This document shows, piece by piece, positions 49,693 to 61,750 of a DNA stretch of 64,000 nucleotides. The DNA comes from Chiloscyllium plagiosum (taxonomy: Eukaryota), in assembly GCF_004010195.1 (NCBI RefSeq), contig NC_057749.1:23356999-23420998 (forward strand), read 5' to 3'. The position numbers were made by a program, and so were the translations under genes. The notes beneath the pieces are model-generated. The model did not search any database, was not told where the DNA came from, and saw only the letters and a list, made by a program, of their open reading frames with translations. Within the stretch, counting starts at the first letter, position 1, and every line of letters starts with the position of its first letter.

Positions 49693-51859
49693 TTAAAAAA
49701 AAAAATAGCTGCAAGTCAGGACTGGATGCTATACCAACAATTCTGGCTTTTCCATTTTTCTCCAGAATTACAGGTTTAAATGGAAAAATGGAGTTGGAGT
49801 GGGTCGGTATACCATCATCAAAGATTCATTGGGAGGATGTTTGTGTCAAATCAGAATTCGATGGGTATCATTTAGATCAGTCCCATGTCCAATCAAAGGA
49901 TCTCTGAGTTTCAAACTGTTTGTCACAAAGCAGCATTTGGATCCATCACCAGAATTCTCACAGCAGTCTCTGCCTGTCTTTTTGCTTTGTTCTATTATTA
50001 GAAACTAGTCAGTGACCACAGAACCCTGCTGAGCACCACCGCCTCATTGCTTCAGAGTGCTGTTATTTCCCTGTGCCCTTAATATGTATAGCGTTCACTG
50101 CTGACAATGGTAAGTGCCAGGTACCATTGATCAGTTGCTGCAGGTGCTCCCTGCATCCTTAATCAATGTCCCAGCAAAGAAAAGGACAAAAATTGAGATG
50201 GATAGGCAGTGAGAAAAATTCATCGTCCTGTCAATTGCCTCACAGTTGTGCTCAGCTGAGGCCATGCAATCAGCATGTGTAAATCCAGCAGCTCACGTCT
50301 TCATTTCCAAAGCTTATTAATGTGCAGAGCACCTGCACCAGAATTAACATACCGTGCCTTCCAGAAGGATGGTTATTCTCCTACGTCTTTGCTTGCGTTT
50401 GGGACAAGTACTGTCCAGTTAAGTAGCTGCATTTTCACTTCTCTAAGTCACACAGCCAGAATAAAATGCCTTAAGCTTTGTTGTTCTGTACAGAATTATC
50501 AAAGGCATGATCGATGGAACGGGTGATGTGCCTTTCAGGAGGTTTGGGGGCATTATGCAGTGGATTAGAACCTTTATAGACCACTGTCTGAACCACCAAG
50601 ATAGAAATTGGCAGTGGAGGGAGCAGAAAACTATCATTATTTTCAGACTTCGTGCTGGACAGAATGGGAGACAGGGAGCAGAAGGGAGAGGCGAGTTAAA
50701 TGGACAGGTCTCTTGAATTTATGGAGATCCACCAGCCCAGGCAAGACTTCTGCATTAAACCATGACCCTGCAGATATATCTGCATCATCCTTGACTATGC
50801 AGAATTGGGAACATCCCATTTGGGTCAGGGAGGGTTGCAGGCCGAGGAGGGATATCCTGATACACAAGGCGGGGAAAAGCCCACTAATTGAAAGCTCGGT
50901 TCAATATTTGGATGTAGGGTGGGCAATTAGAGCCATTCTTCCAACTGTCACACAGCAACCAGTTCGTTAATCTCTCAATAAGAATGATTTATATAGAATT
51001 ATCCAACACAACACAGAAAAAGGTTATTCCACTTAACAGGTCCACGCCGGTGTTTATCTCCCAGCTGAAGCTTCTGTCATCCCTCTCCATCTCACCCAAT
51101 CAACGTGGCTCTCATGTTTCTCTCATTTTCCCGTAAATCCAGCTCAATGTCACACTCAATCGACACCTCATCACTGTTTGGGGACAGAAGCCCCTTCTGA
51201 ATTCAGGGACTGAAGACAGACAACTCATTCCCACACTTCTAGCTGTTTCCCCACTGCTCCAACAATGCTCCCAATCAAAACATTTACCAAATTTACTTTT
51301 ACAAGTTAGGATTTGACCTGCTGTCATGAGCCTTTCAGACAGAGCACTGCAGCACCTCACTGTGAGAGATTGCCCCTTTCCGATTTATTAGTGACCATCT
51401 GATGACAGCTGACTGAACGTGCATCATCAGGCAGCGTTTCCTGGGGCAGAGTTTAATGGTGTGCCTTATCAATGTGCAAACTGTAACGAGGTGGTGATAC
51501 TCATGAATTGGCACAAGTTGTTGCCTGACCTGTGTTCCTCCAGCACTTGCCTCATTATAATGTGACCCCCACCATCAACTGTCAGCCACAAGCAATTACT
51601 GGACTGACATCATGAAGATAAAGTCAATTCATTGCAGAAAGGGAGGTTTTGAAACAAAATGGGATCTTTCCAATGGAAACCTTTATTTTCCAGTGTTACC
51701 ACTCAGCTCTGGCCTGGAAATGGACAATTGACACTATAGACTCGCTCTTATATGTTCTTAATATGTATCTTTATTAAAACAGCTTTAAGAGCAAAAGTAG
51801 GCCATACAGCCCTATAAAGCAAAACTTAGTTTGCAGAACAGGTGGTCGGGTCTCTTGCT

Positions 51860-52630
51860 CTAAGTCCCACTCTAGCCCACTGTACAAAATGATGCTCCGG
51901 GTCACTGCCAAGGGAGTGCTGCACTGTCAGAGGGTCAGTGCAGAGGGCGTGCTGCACTGTCGGAGGGTCAGTGCTGAGGAAGCACTGCACTGTCAGAGGG
52001 TCAGTACCAAGGGAGCAGGTCACTGTCGAAGGGTCAGCACTGAAGGACTGCTAAATTGCCTGGCAGTCAGTAGTGAGTGAGTGTTGCACAGCCAAAGTGT
52101 CTCTACTGAAATAGCAGGGCATTGTTGAAGGATCAATACTTCCGACACTGTCAGAGAGGAATTAATAGTTAGAGGGAAGCTTTGGGAGCACTGCATTGTC
52201 AGAGAGCCAGTACTGGGCAAACATTGCACTACTGGAAGGGACATCCCTGAGGGAATGCAGCACTGATGGAGGGGCAGTATTGAGGGTGTACTGGGCTGTG
52301 GAAGAGTCTACTCCGAGGGAGTATCCCACTGTCAGATGGACAGGACTGACGGATTCTCTGCACTATTCGAGATGTTATTTTTAGATTGGATTTTATATGG
52401 AATCTAGCCATTCAAGATCTCATAGCATTAACTGAAGAGGGGAGAATTCTCCAGGTGGTCCTGGCCAATATTTATCCCTCAAAAATACTCTGGTTAGTTC
52501 GGTTTGCCTTTTTTGTAAAATCTTACTGTGCTGATTGGTGCTGTAGGGAGTTGCAGTTGTCAAAGACGACACTTCAAAAGTATTTCATTGGAAAATCCTG
52601 AAGGAACCAGAGGCAATATATAAACACAAG
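51860..52630 (+). mobile_element. Deu-domain SINE containing a 33-bp tandem array
   Basis: Head aagtcccactc, then the array, then gtcctggccaatatttatccctc..acacttcaaaagtatttcattgg..atatataaac. Confidence 0.7.
51900..52375 (+). repeat. 33-bp tandem repeat, ~14 units (consensus ~GGGAGTGCTGCACTGTCAGAGGGTCAGTRCTGA)
   Basis: CACTGT-like anchors at 51922, 51955, 51988, 52021, 52087, 52120, 52194, 52227, 52261, 52327 and 52361. Confidence 0.85.
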
Positions 52631-52634
52631 GCCA

Positions 52635-52925
52635 TTCTGGCTATTGAGGGAGTGCAGCGTAGGTTCATGAGGTCAATTCCTGGAATGGCGGGATTACCTT
52701 ACACTGAAAGACTGAAGCGACTGGGCTTGTATACCCTTGAGTTTAGAAGACTGAGAGGGGATCTGATTGAGACATATAAGATTATGAAAGGAGTGGAATC
52801 AAGGGTTATGGAGATAAGGCAGGAACAGGATACGGATTAGGAATGATCAGCCATGATCATGTTGAATAGCGGTGCAGGTTCGAAGGGCTGAATGGCCTAC
52901 TCCTGCACCTATTGTCTATTGTCTC
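52635..52925 (+). mobile_element. CR1 LINE 3' fragment with internal deletion
   Basis: QRRFMRSIPGM..RRLRGDLIETYKI and a (TATTGTC)n tail. Confidence 0.85.
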
Positions 52926-53129
52926 TTCCCCCTTTAACCTCACAGCCATAGCTCCTGTACAGCAGTGACAAGTATTTCACAAAACCCTTACTCCAACAAC
53001 AGGAAAAGATAATTTTAAAAATGGTTTCAACTGGATTGAGAGACACAGAACTACAAAATAAGGGTAAGAAGCTTTCGCCTCTAATGTGTTGTCTGGCTAG
53101 TTCCCTGAGGAAGAAAGTAAAGGCAATTT

Positions 53130-53550
53130 TTCATGTTTGCTCCCAGAATGAGAGTGCTGCTGGCTGAGCCAGCATTTATTGCCCATTCCCAATTGCACTC
53201 GAGAAGTTGGTGAGTAGCTGCCTTTATGAAGTGCTGCAGTCCATGTAGTGTAGGGACACACCCATAGTTCTGGAGGGGAAGGAGGTCCAGGGGGTTTGAC
53301 ACAGCAACAATAAAGGAACAGCTAGGTAGTTCCAAGTCAGGATGGTGCACGACTTGGAGGGGAACTTGCAAGTGCTGGCATCCCCATGTCTCTGCTGCCC
53401 ATTGTCTTTCCAGATGGAAGAGGTCACGGGTTTGGAAGGTGCTATTAAAGGAGCCTTGGTGGATACAAATTGCCTCATGCTCCTGCAGACAATACACAAA
53501 CACTGCTGCCACAGGCGATGGAAAAAGTGAATATTTAAACTGGAGGACGT
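53130..53550 (-). mobile_element. Ancient CR1-clade LINE family 2, 3' end
   Basis: Homology to 12990-13410. Confidence 0.7.
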
Positions 53551-54624
53551 ACTTGAACTTAATGTTCTCTTACCGAGTAACCCCTTAACTAGGAACAAGA
53601 AGAATTATAAGAAATGCCCTCTTGTTAGCTCAGGTCCAGGATTGAAGTTGTGAATTGCCAAATTGAACATTAACATCAAGAAGAAAGGATACTCTGGTCA
53701 CATTATTATTTACAAGATTTGGTGATACCAAAATTTAAAGAGAACCAACTAAATTAAATTGGTGTGCTGTCAAGTTTTTGATATTTACAGAAACCTCACA
53801 AACATTATTCGGACACTGTGGGGGCAAGAGACTCAGGGCTAAGGGTGAAGGAGACTCATGGACACAAGAATTAATCCTCAAAATGAAACCCAGTAAACAC
53901 TCTGAAGCTGTAGAACCTCTAGAGCAAATTTCACTTTGGAAAAATAATGAGATTAAACATGAACTGAGATTATTTGTTAAAGAAATCATAACTTAGGCTG
54001 ATAAAGTCAACTCACCCACCAAATAACTCTATCATTTTGGTTCTCATATGGTTCTGTGTGTTTCATGACGACAGGACCTTGTAATGGTTACTTCGTCTGT
54101 AGAATGTACGGCTCAACAGTTTAATTGTTCCTGATGCACTTATTATCAGCTGTCAGTGATTCTAATAGTGTTTGAACTTCTCTCAAAGGCTGCTCTAACA
54201 TGTACACATTGATGACAATAGTAAAAGGAACAGGAGGAGGCCATTGAGCCCATCAAACTAACTCCAACTTGAAGGGCAGCACGGTGGCGAGCCTTGCTGC
54301 CTCTCAGTGGCAGGGACAAGGTTCGGTTCTTTAATAAGATCTGATGAGATTGTAACCTCTACTCCAATTTCCCAGTCACTTAACATATCATTAATAAGGC
54401 ACAATCTGTTGAGCATAGTAGAACAAAATATATGTAAGAGCTTCAGCATTCAAAATCCTCTTGCAAAGACATCTGAAGAGTGCAGATCCTCCTGTGTGCA
54501 CCTTCCTCTGCTTGGATCAGATTCTAACATCTCTGTTTGAAGCCTATTCCTACATGAGGTCTAAGCGCCCTCACATGGTATGCTCAGATACTGCAGTTGA
54601 CATTCCTTTATAAAGAAACTGTCC

Positions 54625-55112
54625 TAATAGAGTCATGCAGCACATGGTCAGTTTCTTCAGTCCAAACCATCTATGCAACCAAGGTTCCCATGCTAGTCCC
54701 ACCTGCCTGCATTTGCCCAAATCCCCCTAAACGTTTCCTATTCACTTACCTCTCCAAATGTCTTTTTATAGCTCCGTGGTTAGCACTGCTGCCTCACAGT
54801 GCCAGGGACCTAAGTGGACTTCCTTTGGGTGCTCCAGTTTCCTCCCACAGTCCAAAGATGTGCAGGTTAGGTGGATTGGCCATGGGAAATTGCCGCATAG
54901 TGTTCAGGGACGTGCAAGTTAGGGGAAATTAGCCATGGGAGTTACAGGGATAGGGTAGCATGGAAGGTTTGGGTGGAATGCACTTTGAAGGGTCTGTGTG
55001 GACTCGATAGGCCGAATGGCCTGCTTCCACACTGTGGCAATTTTATGATTCGATGAAACGTTCTAACTGTACCTGCATCGATCATTTCCTCTGGCAGGTC
55101 ATTCCACATACT
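54625..55112 (-). mobile_element. CR1 3' end with an HE1 SINE (54770-55055, +) inserted
   Basis: The CR1 tail stops at aaatgtcttttt and resumes at aaacgttctaactgtacctgc. Confidence 0.75.
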
Positions 55113-55234
55113 GGAGAACTCAGAATATTCATTTGATTAGTAAGAGTAGAAATGGACAAGTATGTTTATCTGTACAGTCTCCAACCAAGGACAGATTCAA
55201 AGCTCTGTCTTCAAGCAAAATACAATAGCTATTT

Positions 55235-55595
55235 ACATAGAGTCATAGAGATGTACAGCATTGAAACAGCCCTTTTGGCTCAACTCACAGGTTGACCAAG
55301 TATCCTAAATTAACCTTGTTCCATTTGCCAGGATTTGACCCATATCCCTCTAAACCCTTCCTATTCAGATACCCACCCAGATGCCTTTTAAATGTTTTAA
55401 TTATACCAGCCTTCACCACTTCCTCTGGCAGCTCATTCCATACGTGCACCACCCTCTCTGTGTGAAAATGTTGCTCCTTGGATCCTTTTAAATCTTTCCC
55501 CTCTCACATTAAATCTACGCCCTCTAGTTTTGGACTGTCCTACCCTGGGGAAAAGACCTTGGCTATTCACCTTATCCACGTCTCTCATGAGTTTT
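55235..55595 (-). mobile_element. CR1 LINE 3' end
   Basis: Reverse complement of the 25200-25550-type sequence. Confidence 0.85.
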
Positions 55596-56244
55596 TAAGA
55601 TTTGCCTGCGGATTGATCTGGATGAATGTTACTGCACTAACTCCAATCCTATGTAAACTGATCACTTTTTGTTCTTATAAAGTTTACAGCTTTTAACAGT
55701 GATTTCTGCCAGGAATGAACACACAAGCTCAAGTTACCCAAAAAACAATCTGCAGCACAAGCATTCAAATAAAGAAATTTTGAAAAAATGGTTTGCACAT
55801 ATAGAAATATCTTTGTTTAGTTGTTTCAGAATTACATTCAGATTCGAACAGAGTTCGGTATTGACACATTGTCTTCCCTGCAGCAGGTGGGTGTTTCGGT
55901 GGATGAGGGGGTGCTGCAGGGGTCCCAATGCTCAGTGAATCCTCCATCATCTACCTACCTGACACCAACCCATCACCTTCACATTCCGTTTCCTCAACAT
56001 ATCTCCTTCGACGGCTGCTCCTCATACCAATATGGCGGCCTCTCCCAATATCGAACTTCATCTTTCGCCCATCCATCCTCCCCGTTCCATTGCTACCACC
56101 CAATTCATTCACCCCTCCCCATTCGATCCTTGATTATGCATTCTGCTACTGAGGAGTTTCTTGCTACTAGATGCAACTACAGATGAAACTGAAAAGGATT
56201 TTTGGTAAAAGCAAGGGATAGAGGATTTGACAGATATTCGTAGA

Positions 56245-56535
56245 AAACCGACAGCATGGAAGCAGGCTATTCAACCCATCTAGTCAACACTGACACTCTG
56301 AAGAGCATCCCAGCCACCCACTTACTCTATCCCTGTAACCTCATTTCCCATGGCTAACCCATCTAGCCTGCACACCCTGAACACTATGGGACAATTTAGC
56401 ATGGCCAATCCACCTCAGCTGCACATCTTTGGACTGTGGGAGGAAAGGAGAAAGTGAGGACTGCAGATGCTGGAGATCAGAGTTGAGAGTGTGTGGTGCT
56501 GGAAAAGCACAGCAGGTCAGGCAGCATCTGAGGGG
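56245..56535 (-). mobile_element. HE1 SINE 3' half abutting a pLTR family A fragment
   Basis: The HE1 core ends at ggactgtgggaggaaa, followed by ggagaaagtgaggactgcagatgctgg. Confidence 0.75.
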
Positions 56536-57699
56536 CACTCTCGACACTTCACAACCCAGGAAGTACTTTTCCAGTGCCATCACTGTTGTAGTCCACAAAA
56601 ATAACTTGGCTGACAATGTGCACAAAAGCAAGATCCAACAAGTAGCCATTAAGTGAGTGAGTATATAGTCCGACTATGGCAGGAAAGCACAAAGAATTCC
56701 TCAGTGGAATAGACCAGTGTTCAGGTTCCTAAGCCAGAAACTCATCTGCTCCATCAGCTTTTCTTTTTGGTTTTGTTTTCACTTTGTGGTTTTTTCCTTA
56801 CCTTATGAAAAGCAGCTGCATCGGTGATGACGTCGGTGGTGGCAAGGTGGATCACCATGGACTGTGGAAGTGGCAAGCGAGCTTTTGGGTTCTGGGTGGT
56901 GAAAGGCAAGTTTGGGCCCAGTCTGGGACCCTATAGTATTGGCAGCAGCACTGGCGAGGTCAGACCAGAGTGTAGACTCAGGTCACCAGCAGCAGGATGG
57001 AGTTTGGACCCAGCGACATTGGATGCGGCTGCATCAGCGAGGTTGGCTCAGAAGGCAGTATGGAGTCGGTCGAGTGCAGGACCCAGGAGAATCAGTATCG
57101 GTGGCAGCAGTGTTAGTGAGGTCGGCCCAGCGAGGACCCAGGGGTGGTGGCATCAGTGGCGGCATGATGGTGGTGAAGAATGGTGACCGTGATCCAGCAG
57201 CAATGGTGTAGGGACTTGAGTCTGGCTGACTACTACGTGCTGGTGACGGTCTCCGCATCGGGGTGGAAGAGTGCCCAGATCCAGGTCCGTGACTAAGGCA
57301 CTTAGGGCAGGCTGGAAAGTTGAACATTGTTTTCTGCACTTATATTCTACATTTTGGTTTACTCATCTGCATTTCAAGTTGGTGCCAGAGAATGGTGACA
57401 CTACGCAAGTAGTTCTTGTATGACGTGATGGTTGCATTCTTGTGTAACCCAGTGTTATAGAAAAATTTTGCTTTAGAAACAGCACTTAAAGTGTTGGCGA
57501 AGTAATCACGTAACAGCCAACACCTAATTTAGAAGTTTGTACTTTAGAAAGTGTCCCCAATTGGTCAATCACATTACAGTGAATTCGCATTAACAAAACA
57601 AGTGTTATACCTGAATGACCTGCACAACATTTTCCAATGTATTTGGTAACAAAACACACTCGACAATAAACAAATCAAATGTGAATATAAAAGATTTCA

Positions 57700-57942
57700 T
57701 GATTCCATTCTGAAGTGAGGCAGGGGAGCTCTCTCTGCTGCTTTAACATTTATCCCTGAAACAGCATCACGGAAAGCAATTTAAGTTTCCTGTTAATGAG
57801 GACCTAGCCATTCATTGACGGCTGTGTTCCTTACATTACAAGAACAGCTGCACTTCAAAAGAACGCTCCAGTGCTTGCAAAGTGCTACAGGCTTTCCTGG
57901 AGGTCATAAAAGGTGCTGCCCGAAAACAAGTCTTTCTTTCCT
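57700..57942 (+). mobile_element. Deu-domain SINE 3' part
   Basis: catttatccctg..ttccttacattacaa..cacttcaaaa..gaggtcataaaaggtgct..aagtctttcttt. Confidence 0.6.
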
Positions 57943-58074
57943 CTCGGGGTTCTTTAAAACAGTCACCGAGAGGTCGGTCAGACTATGTGGACATCTCATC
58001 TGAAGAAAAGTTCTCCCAGGCATAGGAGCTCAAGCTTTGCATTTTCAAGGCAAGACGGTTTTAGTTTCTGCAAA

Positions 58075-58168
58075 GTTAAAAAAATCACACAACACCAGGC
58101 TATAGTCCAACAGGTTTATTTGGAAGCAATAGCTTTTGGAGCGCTGCTCCTTCATCAGGTGGTTGTTT
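58075..58168 (-). repeat. pLTR family C fragment
   Basis: Minus strand CAC-CTGATGA-A-GGAGC-AGC-GCTCC-AAAA-GC-TA. Confidence 0.75.
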
Positions 58169-58865
58169 CTGCAGTTATGTTAGGCCAGTGCAGCTTGGAC
58201 CCAGCAATAGTAAAGTGTAAGCAGTATGAGACACCCAACAAAAACAAAGTTAAAGATTGGCTTCCACTCGGTGTTCAGCCCAAAAAGCTTAAACCACGTG
58301 CCCTTGCTACATTATGAAGGACTCAAATTATTGATAGTAACTGGACATAAAAAATAGGCAATGGGATATGAAAATGCAATCTCTTCAAAGGTAAAAAGCC
58401 CAAGAGAATGTGCTAGAGGACCTTGCAGTGGGGAATAAACCAGAGGATCGAGCAATAAAAGGGGAACAATCTCTGGAAAAGCGACCAGAATACAAAGTTT
58501 TAAATGACATTAAGTAGAACAGTAATTGCTAGAACAAATTAGAGACAAGCAGATATTGAGGGATAAGAAATGAACATGGGGGGAAAAGAAACAGCAGTAA
58601 TAGTGGCAGACAATGACTGGATAACAATGGGAAAGCTTTAAAATGGCATTAAACAGAATACAGGAAAAATAGAGTTTGCCTAAAGAAAAGAACAAAACTA
58701 AACATCAGTGAGATTCCACAGTTGAATAAAGACATAAGGGAACAATTGAAAGTTAGGAAAGAAGCATATAACAAGTACAGAGACACAGAGATGTGAACAA
58801 TATAAGAGAATACAGAGAGATTAGAACAGAATTTAAAAATGGAAATCAAACAGTAACTATGCAAT

Positions 58866-59833
58866 TGTTATTAAGGAGGCTTGTGTTTGAGAGAGAACCC
58901 CCCTGGGTATTTCTAGATTTTAAATAAGTGTATGCACAGACTAAGTGATTTTTAGTCACTGCACGTTTTGCCATAAGATTCCTTAGCCTTAAAATGCTGA
59001 GCTGAGTGAAAAAGGAAAACTATGTAAAAGCAGCTTCAGAAAGTTGTGTTTTGTTGTGCAGAAAATCAATGAGCTGAATTATGGCCCCAGCTGATATTAA
59101 TAAAGAACAAGCCAGATCCCTGGTTAGTTACATCCCCAGTTTAGTTTTTTTTCTCAGTGAGGCTGAGTTACTAAACACAGTTATGAGACCACCAGTGTAC
59201 TTTTAACACGAAGAATAAAACATTTATTAAACAAAAAATGTAATTACACCAAGAAAAAAGTATTTCGTTACAGAAAAGGATTCAAACTGTCATTACAGCA
59301 TTTACCACAGGAAAACCTCACGATACACTTCACAGAAAAGCCCCTTCCCTCAGGGTCAGACCGAGACAGCTGACCCCAGTTTCATTACAGCGAGCGACTA
59401 CGCAGCCACTACTTGCTTTTTCCCATCATACTGTACCTCCTCCTGAGGCACAAACTCAAAACTAAATTCACTCACACTTTTAACCTCAGCAAACTTGTGT
59501 TTCCTGAGCTGAGCAGGCCAGTTACCTTGCCTCCAATTTCTGGCACACCTGAACATATTTGCTGGCTGGTTCTGCTCCTTGGTATATCTGAAGTTCTGTC
59601 AGTAGGTAATAGCACCTTTTCCCCGACTTCAGCTTTCTTTTAATATTGCATCAAACAATTCAACACTAAATCCTGACTTCAGTGTTGTAAAACCTCATTT
59701 AAAGGCATGGAAATAGCACAAAACAGCAGACTTCTCTTAACCACTCTGATAAATTTAAAATGAAAAGCACACTTCCTCCTTAGGACACAGTACAAAAACA
59801 AATTCAACTTCAAGTTATATATTGTTTCCAACA
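58866..59833. mobile_element. Probable solo LTR inserted in a decayed CR1 (58390-58860)
   Basis: TGTT..AACA termini, with AATAAA on both strands. No exact TSD. Confidence 0.45.
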
Positions 59834-60259
59834 GCTAGCTTTGCATGGCCGTTTGTTTATAACTAGTAGAGGTAGCTTTCCATACTTGATCAATATTTAA
59901 GCAAATCTATATGGTCGACTGAACAGTTAGTGGTTAAGTCAATCAAAAAAACTGAAACAGATGATTGTTGACTCTCTGGGTCGGAGGGATACATTGTACA
60001 TGAAGCTTTGAATTATGTATGGAATTGATCAAATGCAACTGTGAAGATCAAGCATGGGCGTAAACAAATTCTTAAAACGACAATTTTCAACAGTTGAAAA
60101 TTCTTTTCTGCGAAGGTAGAGCTGTCCATGTTGAGAGATTCATTGAGCTTCCATTACGAATAGAGCTGACATTTTGATTCTCAACCAGAAGCTCAGCATT
60201 TATCAAAGTGAGTGTATTAGTGACCAGATAAAAACATACAATCTATATAACATAAGCTT

Positions 60260-60288
60260 TTTATTTTCAACTTATACATGAATTTATT
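60260..60288 (-). terminator. Tandem AATAAA polyadenylation signals of a putative ~300-nt VPS13C 3' UTR
   Basis: TTTATT on + at 60260-60265 and 60283-60288, ~280-300 nt past the stop, in AT-rich non-repeat sequence. Confidence 0.55.
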
Positions 60289-60566
60289 TTTAACACTTGA
60301 AAGATTTTTGGTAGTGCAAAATTAGCAAATCTTTAGAATATTAACTGAAACAATCAACATTCAGATACAAGAGAATGTTGATATCAGTACAAGCACGCCT
60401 ATTCTTCTGCATAGAAAAGATACCAATAGTTCACAGAATTCATACATTGAGAATCATATTTCATTAGAAGTAAGAAAATATATAGTTGCAGTGCAAATTA
60501 CAGTTTTGTGGAAAAGCAAACACTGGACATTAATTTAGTGCAAAAGGAGCAGGAGTGCATAACACC

Positions 60567-60656
60567 TCAGGGCTTCAAAAACCTCAGTGATTTTCGTTTC
60601 ACCAGCTGTTGCTGCTGCCTTGCTGCCTGAGCTTCTTCAAGGGCATCGATCATCCT
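60567..60656 (-). CDS. VPS13C: VPS13C terminal coding exon (RMIDALEEAQAARQQQQLVKRKSLRFLKP*)
   Basis: Acceptor ctctattccAG, 29 codons plus TGA, in frame with the 63796-63885 exon. It matches the recalled human end ..RACNAIEDAQSTRQQQKLMKQSSVRLLRP.. Confidence 0.88.
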   Translation of the reverse strand, partial: RMIDALEEAQAARQQQQLVKRKSLRFLKP

Positions 60657-60879
60657 CTGGAATAGAGCATTCACATTCAAGTTACTGACTATTCTTGTAA
60701 AACTAAACGTCAAAAGCTCAAGCATGAAGTTCATCAAATTACGTGCTGCATGGTTAAAGTCATAGAGAGTTAAACAGTGCCTTTTAAATCCACAAAGACT
60801 TTGTGTCAGAGAACAAAGGACTGCTTTCTCCCCCTCCCCCCACCCCAGCCATTCATTATCCTGACTTGGAAAGGCATTG

Positions 60880-61415
60880 CAGTTCCTTCAGTATGTCCAT
60901 ATTACAAAGGAGGAAGTGCTGGATGTCTTGAATCACATAAAGGTGGATAAATCCCCAGGACGTGATCTGTACCCTAGAATTCTTTGGGAAGCGAGGGAAG
61001 TGATTGCTGGACCTCTTGCTGGGATATTTGGATCATCGATAGTCACAGGTGAGGTGCCGGAAGACTGGAGGTTGGCTAACATGGTGCCACTGTTTAAGAA
61101 AGGTGGTAAGGACAAGCCAGGGAACCGTAGACCAGTGAGCCTGACCTCGGTGGTGGGCAAGTTGTTGGAGGGAATCCTGAGGGACAGGATGAACATGTAT
61201 TTGGAAAGGCAAGGACTGTTTTGGTATAGTCAACATGGCTTTGTGCGTGGGAAAACATGCCTCAAACTTGATTGAGTTTTTTGAAGAAGTAACAAAGAGG
61301 ATCGATGAGAGTAGAGCAGTAGATGTGATCTATATGGACTTCAGTAAGGCATTCGTCAAGATTTCCCAAAGGAGACTGGTGAGCAAGGTTAGATCTCATG
61401 GAATACAGGGTGAAC
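60880..61415 (+). mobile_element. CR1 RT fragment in the last VPS13C intron (antisense to the gene)
   Basis: KSPG.D.YPRIL.E, VPEDWRLAN.VPLFKKG, SQHGFVRGK and YMDFSKAF motifs. Confidence 0.95.
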
Positions 61416-61750
61416 TCGTGAATCTGCTATCTCACCTTTTAAATACAGAGACAATGTAAACATTAAAATTATTTTATAAACTAATGAATTATGTGAAATT
61501 TATAACTGTGGGTTTCAAATTAGGTATATCGCTCTCGTTTGATTTTCTGTAAACACTCAATATACATTCATTCCAGCCATCTGTAGCTTTAACGTAACAT
61601 GCACAGGATGCATCACAGCAATGCACCATGGTTATTTCCATAACATTTCCTCTCTGTAAACTCCTTCAACCAGAACTGTTGTAGAAAACACTTCTACATT
61701 CCCCTCCAGGCCCCCCACACACATGGGGGTCAATATCCTGTAAACTTTAC

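Noticed and set aside
51900..52375. CRISPR-like array
   Set aside because: The units are contiguous 33-mers without unique spacers, embedded in a SINE, in a vertebrate genome with no cas genes.
56824..57339. 100-120 aa ORFs on both strands
   Set aside because: GC-rich repeat-like sequence depleted of stops, with no domain motifs.
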